A stretch of DNA of 63,881 nucleotides, filler included, from Octopus bimaculoides (GCF_001194135.2; 5 parts of 5 records of this genome joined end to end with filler, not necessarily neighbours in it), one strand, 5' to 3'; counted from the whole stretch's first letter, positions 24,631-37,330 are shown. The notes: generated from the sequence alone by a model not told the origin. Numbers and translations: made by a program.

Positions 24631-26516
24631 CGTCAGTGAATATTTGCTAAGGATCAAATATGATTGTAACCTGCTTGCTCGTTCGCTGCTCATTACAAAC
24701 TCCTTGTACTATTTGTCGATGTGACTGTCCTCAATTGCCTGAAAAGAGACAAGATATGCCAAACACGTTTTCCATTGACTCACAAAACCAGGATGAAACC
24801 TTCAGCTGAGACCATTTGCCATTTCAATGCATTTTAAAAATTATTTATTTAATTATTTAGACAATTAATCTTTTACTTTCTCTTCTTCATTTCTCTTTTC
24901 GCTTTCGCCTTTTCTCCCCACGCTTTTTTCCGCCTCACTTTCCTTACCCACTTCTTTCTTTTTCTCTCTTTCTTTTCATTCTTCTTACTTCCCTTATCCA
25001 TTTAATCTTTTCTTCTCTTTACCTGCCGCTCCTCCTCCTTATCTCTTCCTCTCCCACATTACTAACTGTAAGGTTAAGGTCACCCTACCTGAAAGTCTTA
25101 CCACCCTTAAATCTTCTCTATTCCCCAAAATGTTGTAACAGCTTGAGAAATAATTATCACCGAAAGTATTACACTACTCAACACAGTTATCTCCCTTTAT
25201 TATTTTAATAGTCTTACGTTTCACGTTGACTTTATACTTCTTTCTGTACAACGGGATGAAGAGCGAGAAATTCAATAAAAGGTTAATGGATCTCCACCAT
25301 TTTCGATGATGAGTATAAGGCAGTTTGACTATCTGAACTAATTACTCAATTGTATAAGCGTGAAGGTGGTTGAATATTCCACAGATATGTCTGCCCCTAC
25401 CACGAGAGTTCCGGACCCAGTTATGAACTCATTTGCATACAGCCCATCAGAGCTCAACTATCAAACTAATTTATGAGCGCATAACAAGTGATGGGCGATA
25501 AGATGAGGTCACTTGACCATGATTCTTTTCTCTTTTGACAATGCTTGTTGTTCTTGTTAGGCATAATTTGAGAGCTGAAAGGCACCTTTCCTTTCACACT
25601 TTTCAAATAATTCTTTAACGGTCTACCATTACCAATGCGGTTTCTGCCACCTTTATTTACTTGACAACAAGGTCAAAGTGAGTTCTGATTGGTCGTAAGC
25701 AAATAAGTTCATTAGTAGGGTCCGGAAATTTCGTGGAAAAAAATTCTCTGCCTTTAACACAGTCAACAGAAAATTGTGACAGTCTGTAATAAGGCTAAAC
25801 CTTTGAATCTTATTTCACAGGTTTCCAAACAGATCTGACGATCCAGTTTCCCTTACACTGCTTGGGTTGTTAGGAGATTACGATAAAAGAAACTTGCCCA
25901 AGATATCGCATACTGGAGTCGAACTTAGAACCTCATGATTGTGAACTGAACCACTTAACCAACGAGCCATGATGTGTACAATCAAGTAAGTTCTTTACTT
26001 CAATGCGCGCCTAGTTGTATCACTCAAATGCCGAGGGAGGAAGTAAAAAGATACTTGTCAGCCAACATGAATCCTGAAGATATAAAAATATGTCAAATAG
26101 TGTTGCATCAGTGACGATAATAATCAACGATGGAATTAATCTGATCGTCCTAGAAAGTATCACAAGTACCATTGAAGAGGAATAAGTCACAGCTGTAAGC
26201 AACATCACTGTAAATTTAACAAGTATTTCTTGTGAAAGAGAAAAGAGGGATCATTCTGATTTGGCGGACGCCACTTGTTTTCTTAACGAAACACTTTCAA
26301 ACTTGGGATACTGGTGGAATGTGTCATATAAAACATCTTTTACTCTTAGTGCTATTGAGAAAATTTTATCTTTTTAAAGTTATTTCATGTTAAAATTGTC
26401 GTATTTCGGTAATTTCAACCAATCACTGACGTCTATTGAGGTGAAAACAATTACTGCTGTGGATTGTCAACAGAACGTTGTGCGGTGTAATGGGATCTTT
26501 TCCCTTGAATAAAATT

Positions 26517-26855
26517 AGTGCCGTTGTTTGTCAACAACAACTATCGGCGGTACTGTTATTTATGACATCGTTCGTGCGTTTGTACTGGTTTTAGCTTTAG
26601 GGTTTTAGGGTTAGGATTAGGGTTCGGGATAGGGTTATGAGTATTTTTGCCAAATTTGGTGAAAAATTTGTGGCGGTGTATTGAACAGATTTTCACCAAA
26701 TTTGGCAAAAATACTCAAAACCCTAACCCTAACCCTAATAACTCTAAAACCCGAACCCTAACCCTAAAACCCTAAAGCTAAAACCAGTACAAACGCAGGA
26801 ACGATGTCATAAATAACAGTACCGCCGATAATTGTTGTTGACAAACAACGGCACT
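26517..26855. repeat. ~340-bp foldback (long inverted repeat) with telomere-like TTAGGG/CCCTAA arrays in the arms
   Basis: Left arm 26517-~26665 and right arm ~26690-26855 are near-perfect reverse complements apart from the copy number of the telomere-like units. The loop is ~24 nt. Confidence 0.9.
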
Positions 26856-27229
26856 TTGATAATAGATCTGTTCGAACAGGCTAAACCTGCACCTAAGCGA
26901 TTACACAACAGCTGGTTCTGTGAATATGGCACAGAAGGAAGGCTCTACTCAATTGATTGAGCCAGGTACATAATTATAAAAACAAAATCTCAAGAGACAA
27001 TATTCCTACTTAGTGTAATTAAGGTGATGTTTCTCAGTCCAAATCCGGAAAGGCTGCATTTCACTTTCATTCATTTACAAATCCTAACATTATATAGCAG
27101 GCGTCCTGCTACTTTTGTGCATGCTACTACAGAACAACAAACATAGCGTTTTGTACCAAATTAAAAAGTCATTAAATATAATATATTAGGTAGAGTGGAC
27201 TGGTAGTATGTGATATTTTGTCTACTTCT

Positions 27230-27340
27230 GTAGGTTCTGAGTTCGAATCCCGCCGCATTTAGCGTTGTCTTTTATCCTCCTTTGGTCGATAAGATACAGT
27301 ATCAATCAGATACTAGGGTCGATGTAATCAACTAATCGAT
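27230..27340 (+). mobile_element. SINE-C fragment
   Basis: ttctgagttcgaatcccgccg..ggtcgata..gggtcgatgtaatc. Confidence 0.7.
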
Positions 27341-27394
27341 TTCATCCAAAAATATAGGCGCAGGAGTGGTTGTGTGGCAAGTAGCTTGCTTACC

Positions 27395-27609
27395 TTAATT
27401 TATGACTTTTTATGTACGAGATTCATAGCCTCAATGTGAAAATTTAATTTTATAAAGAACAGTGTTATAGAGAAGCAAAGTTCGGCGGGCGGCTTTTGCC
27501 TTCTCTCATTATACCATCATATTTATCATCCATTTCATCGCATTAATGTTTTTGTCCAGCCCGTAGCTACTCTCTGTGTACTGCCTTTATGGCAAATTAA
27601 AATGAAATA
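27395..27609 (+). mobile_element. Insertion X: 215-bp 5'-truncated copy of the element-Y family
   Basis: Collinear similarity to 28930-29141 (aaagaaca.tgtt, tcggcgggcg..tgcct..ctcattat, cattaatgt..tccagcc, atggc.aa.tt..tgaaata). Bounded by AGTAGCTTGCTTACC on both sides. Confidence 0.8.
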
Positions 27610-27625
27610 AAGTAGCTTGCTTACC

Positions 27626-29141
27626 ACTTCCGGTCTTGCTACTTTGAGAGTCTTCAGCTCTCCCGAAGAAGTCGACCGAGGTAGGTGGAATTGGTTTTCT
27701 TTTCAGCTGGGTCACAATTATTGTTGTATATATTTCTTCACAGCTCTGGGCAATTTCCCCTCATTTATGCGACTGTAGTTGTTGCTCGCTTTGAGAGAAA
27801 AAATCTGTGTTCCTCGTTCGTCGTTGTGGGTGGGCGTGCCACCACAGCGACGAAGGGGGAAATTTCTTCGTGAAATTTGGTGTGGCATTTTTGCCAATTT
27901 AATTCTGTATGTGGAGTTACCATTACGAAGAAGGTGAACTTTTGAATTGTTTCAATTCTCGTGAAATTTTGTGTGGCATTTTTTGCCAAATTTGAACATT
28001 CTCTGTGGATTTACCCTGCATTGCGGAGTGTGTCAAGAACAGAACTCAGACAGCTGGAGTAACAGTCGAAGTGAACTTTTTTGTTCAGAAAATAGGATTC
28101 CCTGCCGGAACATAATTATTTTCTTTTCTCATTTCATTTATTTCTTCTTCTAATTTTGGTTTTCCTTTGTTCTTTTTCCTTTTCTTTTTCTCTTTTCTCA
28201 TCTTTCTATATTTTTCTTTTTTTCTTTTATACGAACTGTGTTTATTTTCCTTTGAACTTTTTGAACTTTTGAATTTTTTTAAAAAACATGGCAAAGGAAC
28301 GGAGCGCTGCCCTCGAGTGGGAATTGTGCCCACCCAGACAGTGGTTGGAGGAGATGGAGAAGAGGGCAATGGTCATGCGGACCTATTGTATGTCACGCAA
28401 TACCATTGCCCTCTTCAACAAAGAGGTTATTGAAAGACAGCTGGCAATTTGTTTGCCAGCGAAGCAATTTTTTGTCTCCAGGTGGGGGGTCANNNNNNNN
28501 NNGTGCCGACAGAACCCGAAGCCCCTCCGGTGGGAGATGTGCCACCGCAGAGGAAGTCTCTGTCAGCGGGAATTGTGCCGATGACAGAGTGGGGTGACGT
28601 CCCTCCCAGTGAGGATAATGATTATGTTATCGTGTACTTTGAGGGAGGGGCGGTGGATGAATTCTTCGACCGCGAGTGCGGTCAAGATAGGAGCTACTCG
28701 GAATGTGCGAGTAGTTCCACATGGCCTCCGCAGGTGACTGCGGAGGTTATAAATGACAACATAATGACAAAAGTCAAAGAAAAATTTATCTACAAAGATT
28801 TCTTCTACCTCGCCGCAAATTCTAGCCTAACAATAGACACTTCTTTGGCAGGGGCAGCATATCTGCTTGCGGAGAGGTGGAATGACGAAAATTATATTTT
28901 TAATTAATATATTGAAATGGTTAATATATTGAAATTATGTAAAAATTGTAATTTTAAAAGGAAAAAAAAAAAGAACAATGTTTTCGAGTCGGCGGGCGCT
29001 GGTGCCTCACTCATTATTTGTTTCATCCTTATCACCCTCATCTCATTAATGTCCATATCCAGCCTGCACCTTCTTTATGTCTGTCTGTCTTTGTCTGTCC
29101 CCTCTATGTAACGCTGTTAATGGCGAAATTTATTGAAATAT
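27626..29141 (+). mobile_element. Insertion Y: ~1.5-kb putative ORF1-only (HAL1-like) L1/Tx1-related element
   Basis: Starts ACTTCCGG, then a ~660-bp leader, a GC-richer ORF region 28288-28907 with a 10-N gap, and an AT-rich 3' UTR. Bounded by AGTAGCTTGCTTACC (27611-27625 and 29142-29156). Confidence 0.65.
28288..28907 (+). CDS. Putative protein of element Y (unrecognised; possibly ORF1-like), split by an assembly gap
   Basis: Open frames occur on both sides of the gap: MAKERSAALEWELCPPRQWLEEMEKRAMVMRTYC... and VPTEPEAPP...ERWNDENYIFN*. No RT motifs. Confidence 0.45.
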
Positions 29142-29292
29142 AGTAGCTTGCTTACCAACCACATAGTTCCGGGTTCAGTCCCACTGTGTGGCACCTTGGG
29201 CAAATGTTTTCTACTATGTTTTCTACTATGGCCTCGGGCCGACCAAAGTCTTGTGAGTGGATTTGGTAGACGGAAACTCAAAGAAGCCTGTC

Positions 29293-29326
<34 letters not shown>

Positions 29327-29704
29327 NNNNNNNNNNNNNNNNNNNNNNNNNNNNNNNNNNNNNNNNNNNNNNNNNNNNNNNNNNNNNNNNNNNNNNNNNN
29401 NNNNNNNNNNNNNNNNNNNNNNNNNNNNNNNNNNNNNNNNNNNNNNNNNNNNNNNNNNNNNNNNNNNNNNNNNNNNNNNNNNNNNNNNNNNNNNNNNNNN
29501 NNNNNNNNNNNNNNNNNNNNNNNNNNNNNNNNNNNNNNNNNNNNNNNNNNNNNNNNNNNNNNNNNNNNNNNNNNNNNNNNNNNNNNNNNNNNNNNNNNNN
29601 NNNNNNNNNNNNNNNNNNNNNNNNNNNNNNNNNNNNNNNNNNNNNNNNNNNNNNNNNNNNNNNNNNNNNNNNNNNNNNNNNNNNNNNNNNNNNNNNNNNN
29701 NNNN

Positions 29705-29746
<42 letters not shown>

Positions 29747-30127
29747 ACGTATGTATGTATGTAAGTATGTATGTATGTATGTGTATATGTTTGTGTGTCT
29801 GTGTTTCTCCCCCAACATCACTTGACAACCGATGCTGGTGTGCTTACGTCCCCGTAACTTAGCGGTTCGACAAAAAGACCGAAAGAAAAAGTAATAAGTT
29901 TACAAAGAATAAGTCCTGGGGTCGATTTGTTCGATAAAAGGCGGTGCTCTAGCGTGGCCGCTGTCAAATAACTGAAACAAGTAAAAGAGTAAAAGAGCCT
30001 TGTGTCTATACCAGAACCAATCTTATATGAGATACATAAAGTCAAGTATACATTATGGAACAATGCCTGGCTTCTATTGAGCAGAACCTGATGTATAGTC
30101 CTTCAGTGGTTGCATTACGCTTTACAG

Positions 30128-30460
30128 GTGAAGGCGCGTGGCTTAGTGGTGAGAGGTGAAAATTATTCGGCTTACGTAAGGTCGTGAGTTCGATACCCGG
30201 CAGCTCGTTGTGTCCTTGAGCAAGACATTTTATTTCCCGTTGCTCCAGTTCACTCAGCTGGTAAAAATGAGTTGTACCTGTAATTCAATGGCGACAGCCT
30301 TGTCATATTCTGTATTACACTGAATTTCCCTGAGAACTGCGTTAAGGGTACGCGTGTCTGTGGAGTACTCAGCCACTCGCATGTTAATTTCACGAGTAGG
30401 CTGGTCTGTTGACCGGATCAACTGGAACACTAGTCGTTGTAAACGACGGAGGACCAGTTT
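30128..30460 (+). mobile_element. SINE-D-type copy
   Basis: GGCGCGTGGCTTAGTGG..GAGTTCGATACCC (A/B-box-like), then GTGTCCTTGAGCAAGAC..CCAGTTCACTCAGCTG. Confidence 0.85.
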
Positions 30461-31756
30461 ACACATTACATCGTACGTACTTTTGTTCTCAGTTCAAGTT
30501 TTATAGTTTCGAAGTGATGTCTACTTTGCCATTCTGAAGACCTTTCAAGCATGAAAACTAATCTTTCGCTTCTGACCTAACGATCTGTCAAGGTTTCATG
30601 AGTGACTTTTCATTTTCACTTCATGTGAAATATGGTTTAAATAACTAAGGGGTATTAATCGTGATATTTGTTCACCCATCATTTCGTTTGCAAATGATTG
30701 AGGAGTCCAAGGCATTTTTCATCTCTCTCTCAACTCTTTAACATCAAAATCAGGTCGGTTTAATTGTGTTAGAACACACATGACCAAATGTCATTGGTTA
30801 TGAGCGTTATAGAAAAAAAAAGTCATCGTGTGTATATGTGGATGGCCGTACAAATTGCAATAACGATCTTCAACTTTGATTTCAGATCACAGCGCTGTGA
30901 ATAAAAATTAATTCAATCAATAGAACTAACTTCAATATCTGGTACTGAACAACATGTAATATATTGATAGCAATTCTATCGATTATAAGACATAACCAAA
31001 AATTTGTGGGACAATGTTCATAAGTTTGAAATTCTGATTTGTAAAATATAACCATCCACAAACTTTATTCCTCTTCAGTAAAACTTTATAGTACCATTTG
31101 AATCTAAAGGTGGCCGAAAATATTCTCAGAATGATACAAACAAGCAGATTTTATCATTGACTGCCAGGTGTTTCCGTGCCAAGCCAAACTAATTTTATAT
31201 GTCATTTCGGACAACCATAGTCCTTTCGAATATACGCATCTTGCATTCGTAAACACCTGTCTTTCACTTTCACTTTCTACTTTCACGTGGAGGTCATGTA
31301 TGTAGGTATATATGTATCTATATATGTATACTGGTATCAATGTATGAAGTTACGCACGTATGTATATATATGGACTGATGGATGTGTGCATGTGTACGTG
31401 TGTACACATATGTTGTCATTTCAAATTATGTTTGAGCTTTTAAAAGAATAAAACCTTGGAGACAAAGTGACGAGACCTTCGTGTTTGTGTCAAAGTCATG
31501 AATTTCTGTTTCCGTGCATTGTATAACACCTCTATAGCGTTCTATAAAACTCAAAATAGAGGCCCTCGTGAATTTACTACAATTTCCTTTTTCTCTTTTT
31601 CTTTTCTTGGCGTGGGTTAGGAGCGACAAATTACATTAGCTGATTGGTTGAATATAATGTGTCTTTCGTACGAATAAAGTGCGACAACATTCACAGGATA
31701 CGAATCACCACTACTTTCCTGTCGTCCAAAAGTATGCGCCAAACTGCAATATACAT

Positions 31757-31826
<70 letters not shown>

Positions 31827-31870
31827 NNNNNNNNNNNNNNNNNNNNNNNNNNNNNNNNNNNNNNNNNNNN

Positions 31871-31882
31871 TTAATTAATTAA
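31871..31882. other. Artificial six-frame-stop scaffold linker TTAATTAATTAA in an N run
   Basis: The same 12-mer is centred in ~100-bp N gaps here and at 47579-47590, 53380-53391 and 61849-61860. Confidence 0.9.
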
Positions 31883-31926
31883 NNNNNNNNNNNNNNNNNN
31901 NNNNNNNNNNNNNNNNNNNNNNNNNN

Positions 31927-32047
31927 GATCCCGAAAGGATGAAAGGCAAAGTCGACCTCGGCGGAATTTGAACTCAGAACGTAACGGCAGACGAAATACC
32001 GCTAAGCATTTCGTCCGGCGTGCTAACGTCTCTGCCAGCTTTCTGCC

Positions 32048-32082
<35 letters not shown>

Positions 32083-32300
32083 CCTTTTTATTATAGGCAC
32101 AAGGCCTGAAAATTGGTGGGGAGGAGGGGCGACTAGTCGATTACATCGACCTCAGTACTCAACTGGTACTTAATTCATCGACCCTGAAAGGATGAAAGGT
32201 AAAGCCGACCTCAGCGGAATTTGAACCCAGAGCGTAGCGACGGGCGAAAAACTGCTAACCATTTCAGCCAGCGTGCTAACAATTCTGTCAGCTCACCACC
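31927..32300 (-). mobile_element. Two tandem SINE-C copies separated by (AAT)n
   Basis: Heads at ~32048 and ~32300, each abutting TAA repeats. Confidence 0.85.
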
Positions 32301-32302
32301 TA

Positions 32303-32333
<31 letters not shown>

Positions 32334-32535
32334 TTAATGATAATAATAATAATATTAATGATAATAATAATAATGAAGATAATAATAATAATAATATTAA
32401 TGATAATAATAATAATGAAGATAATAATAATAATATTAATGATAATAATAATGAAGATAATAATAATAATATTAATGATAATAATAATGAAGATAATAAT
32501 AATAATATTAATGAAGATAATAATAATAATAATAC
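32301..32535. repeat. Compound (AAT)n with higher-order ATT-AAT-GAT / GAA-GAT interruptions
   Basis: Direct reading. Confidence 0.9.
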
Positions 32536-32565
32536 TAATAAAGACATATAACATATATCATATTT

Positions 32566-33595
<1,030 letters not shown>

Positions 33596-33694
33596 TGTTG
33601 TTCAGTTTGTTATTAAAGTTATATCCTACACCTTCAGTTTTTTTTTCTCTTCTTTACCTCTTTGTCCTTCTTTTCTCCAATCTCAGTTCTTCAT

Positions 33695-33727
<33 letters not shown>

Positions 33728-34233
33728 TCAACAAGTGTGTACATGCAGGTAGTTGGGTGGTTGGGTGTCAGCATAAGTAATATTTTGAACAACAACAAAC
33801 TGCACCGCGTGTATGTTTGTGTGTGTGTGTCTGTGTGATTGTGGATGTGTGGTGCATGTGTTTGTTTGCTAGTATGGAAAGTTTTAATTAGTCAAATTAT
33901 TAAATCATAACAACTCCGCCTCCTTCCTTCTGTCCTTGCCTCATACCTCACCTCCTTTCTTCATCTTCTTCTTCTTCTTCACTTACCCATCCCCGATGCC
34001 GACACCACTGCCCAGAGACAGTTTAAAAGGATAAGAGTTACACAGTACAGTGCTACAGAGAGAGATGTTCCTAGACAACAAACGGGAGATTTCTTGTATT
34101 GTCAAGCAGCAACACCAATCGGCTGAAACCAAGGGAAGCTGAGAAGACAGTTATGCAGCTGTCACTGTATTTTTAACTCATTAAATAATGTATACAGCAA
34201 ATTGATGGAGATAAATATAGACAGATAGATAAA

Positions 34234-34278
<45 letters not shown>

Positions 34279-34762
34279 GAGGTTGGGAATGGAAAACAGA
34301 GAAAGTTCTCTCTCTCTCTCTATTGTACTTTTTCTTTTATCTTTTATGAGCTTCAGTCATTGGAATGTGGCCATGCTGGGGCACACTGCCTTGAAGGGTT
34401 TAGTCGAACAAATTGACCCTAGTATTTTGGGGGAGGGGGGTTGATATCTTCTTCTGAAGTCTGGTACTTTTTCCGTTAGTCTTTTTTTTTTTCAGAATTG
34501 CTAAGTTACAGGATGGACACAAACCAACACTGGTCGTCAAGCAGTGTGGAGAGGGTGAAGAAAAACATAAAAGCACCGATACACACATACGTACTCATTA
34601 ATATTTACATATAATATTATATATATAGATATGTATATATATATATATATATATGAATATATCTATATCTATCAATCTATTGGTTTATCTATTCATTGAT
34701 CGATCAATCAATCAATCAATCTAGTTACATATATATATATATAATGCATGTGTGTGTGTGTG

Positions 34763-34799
<37 letters not shown>

Positions 34800-34897
34800 C
34801 GTGTGTGTGTGTATTTATATTTATAATGTATGTGTGTACATGTATGTATATATAATAGTATCAGCATGAAGCAGTGATTAGGAATAAAGAAATTTTA

Positions 34898-35158
34898 GGT
34901 TTGCTAAAATGTGTTTGTGACAAGTTTAAACTTCTAAAGGTAAATTCACAGCAGTTACCAAGGAGAAAAAAATTCTCTGTTATGGTAAAAGGTGTAAAAA
35001 CACCATTATCTGCCCAGTGTTCCACAGAGGGAAACACTGGGCAAACAAGAGTGTTTTTTTTTTTTTTGCACCGAAAGAGAGAATTTTTTTCTCCATGGTA
35101 ACTACAGTGAAATTTCCTTGAGAAGTTAAAATATGGCACAAACATATTTTAACTGACC
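34898..35158. repeat. ~250-bp imperfect palindrome (old foldback MITE?)
   Basis: Centre GCCCAGTGTTCC-acagag-GGAAACACTGGGC; the arms stay collinear out to aaaatgtgtttg/caaacatatttt. Confidence 0.8.
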
Positions 35159-35206
35159 CAAAGTTCACACAGATGCGTGTGCACATGACAGGCCTTCACA
35201 TAGTTT

Positions 35207-35441
35207 CTTATTTCTTTATTGCCCACAAGGGGCTAAACATAGACGGGATAAACAAGGACAGACAAAGGGATTAAGTCGATTATATCGACCCCAGTGTGTA
35301 ACTGGTACTTATTTAATCGACCCCGAAAGGATGAAAGGCAAAGTCGACCTTGGCGGAATTTGAACTCAGAATGTAACTGCAGACCAAATACCGCTAAGCA
35401 TTTCACCCGGTGTGCTAACGATTCTGCCAGCTTACCACCTT
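35207..35441 (-). mobile_element. SINE-C copy, variant tail
   Basis: Core homology; tail tttctttattgcccacaaggggctaaac is shared with the 46485 and 46735 copies. Confidence 0.85.
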
Positions 35442-35444
35442 AGG

Positions 35445-35605
35445 CTTACATGTAGTTTCTGCCTACCAAATTCTCTCACAGGGCATCTGTCAGCCTGGGG
35501 CTGTAGTAGAAGACACTTGCTCAAGGTGGTGTGCAGTGAGACTTGATCCAAGACCACATGGTTGGAAGGTGAAGTTTTTAGCCACATGGCCATACCTGCA
35601 CCTGT
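35445..35605 (-). mobile_element. SINE-AB body, heavily CpG-decayed
   Basis: gtagaagacacttgctcaagg.. homology. Confidence 0.7.
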
Positions 35606-36801
35606 AATCTTATCTTGTCATCATAGCCTGACAACTGGATACAAAAATGAGCCAATGAGGGAATGTCTATGTAGTCACTCATGCTGCTAAAAATAGTACC
35701 CATGGAGTGACTTGGGTACCCAAGCCACACCCTACTGCCTTTACAAAGAAGGTCTCACAGGATTATATAATTCTATGTAACCCTATGACTGAATAAAAAT
35801 CTGTCATCTATAACAGAGACAAATAGAATGAGTGAATGTGGTTTACCCATAAGTGAGATTGCTTCCTGTAGAACTGCTAAACGATCACTATCATTCTTAT
35901 GTTGTCTCTTAGACGCTTGCGCACACACATAGACCACAATACAATGCAATGCAACACAACACTCATGGTTGTGAAGTTGGTAAAGATTGCTATTCAAGGA
36001 AGTACTCAATATATGGTTATACACAGCTGAAGTATTTATTTTATTCATAGTTGCTTGATAGCAAGCTCCACTTTTTTGTCTCTGCATGCTTGTCACTATT
36101 TGTGTGTGTGTGTATTTTCACATGTATATTTATAAATACACGTGTATATTCCTAGTGCAATGTCAAAATGTACTCAATGTATATTAGTAATTGGTTGATA
36201 ATAAGGAAGGGAATCCAAGCCCTAGCAACCAAGCCCAAAATGAAACGATCATGTAAGACAGACCCTTGGACCTGTTCAGGAAGACATAGGTTCTCAATAT
36301 GAACTAACTTGGACTGTCCAGCCTATATGTGTCTGGAAAGTAGATGTAAAATGATTTAATACTTTTATATATATATATATATATATATAATAATATTAGG
36401 GACAAAATCCAAAATTACAGGTAAAAAACTCAATTAAAATCAATTTATAAAAAATTAAAATTAAATTGAGCCTTATAGATAAAGTATATATAAAATATAT
36501 AGTTTTAGGGAAAATAACCAATTTTCAAGAACTCATCGATGAAAATCCACTATCACATATATTATACTCATTNNNNNNNNNNNNNNNNNNNNNNNNNNNN
36601 NNNNNNNNNNNNNNNNNNNNNNNNNNNNNNNNNNNNNNNNNNNNNNNNNNNNNNNNNNNNNNNNNNNNNNNNNNNNNNNNNNNNNNNNNNNNNNNNNNNN
36701 NNNNNNNNNNNNNNNNNNNNNNNNNNNNNNNNNNNNNNNNNNNNNNNNNNNNNNNNNNNNNNNNNNNNNNNNNNNNNNNNNNNNNNNNNNNNNNNNNNNN
36801 N

Positions 36802-36840
<39 letters not shown>

Positions 36841-36974
36841 ATATGTATGTATATATGTATGTATATATGTATGTATATATGTATGTATATATATATATAT
36901 ATAGATAGATAGATAGATAGATAGATAGACTAAATCAAATTTGCTGACGTGGCCGATGACAACAGCGCCTGACT

Positions 36975-37330
36975 ACCACCCATGCCATTGAAACATTAAA
37001 AGCATCATCTGAGCATGATCGTTGCCAGGGCCTCTGACTGGCTCCCGTGCTAGTGGCACATAAAAAGCACCATTCGAGCGTGATCGCTACCAGCATCGCC
37101 TTACTGGCACTTGTGCCAGCGGCACATGAAAAACAACATTCGAGCGAGGTCATTGCCAGTGCCACTGGACTGGCTCCCATGCAGGTGGCACATGAAAAAC
37201 ACCATTTGAGTGTGGATGTCGCCAGTACCAGCTGACTGGCCTTCGTGCCGGTGGCACGTAAAAGCACCCACTACACTCTTGGAGTGGTTGGTGTTAGGAA
37301 GGGCATCCAGCTGTAGAAGCTCTGCCAATT
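36975..37330 (+). mobile_element. SINE-E-related element with internal 66-bp minisatellite
   Basis: Units start at 37037, 37103, 37169 and 37235 (ACTGG..GTG..GGCAC.T.AAAA.CA..), followed by the SINE-E segment. Confidence 0.75.

Larger units (their letters stand above)
27357..29997 (+). mobile_element. SINE-AB copy interrupted in its head by two insertions
   Basis: Head 27357-27394 resumes at 29142-29156 and continues through body, (TA)n, gap, (TG)n and tail ending GTAAAAGAG at 29997. Confidence 0.85.

Noticed and set aside
26595-26790. Ancient telomere-telomere chromosome fusion site
   Set aside because: The arrays are short and embedded in mirrored unique arms with a non-telomeric centre. 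This fits a foldback element better than an end-to-end fusion.
27380-29156. CRISPR-like repeat-spacer array from the three 15-bp repeats, or from SINE/TAA runs
   Set aside because: The context is eukaryotic, the spacers are 215 and 1516 bp and homologous to each other, and no cas genes are present. Target-site duplication explains the repeats.
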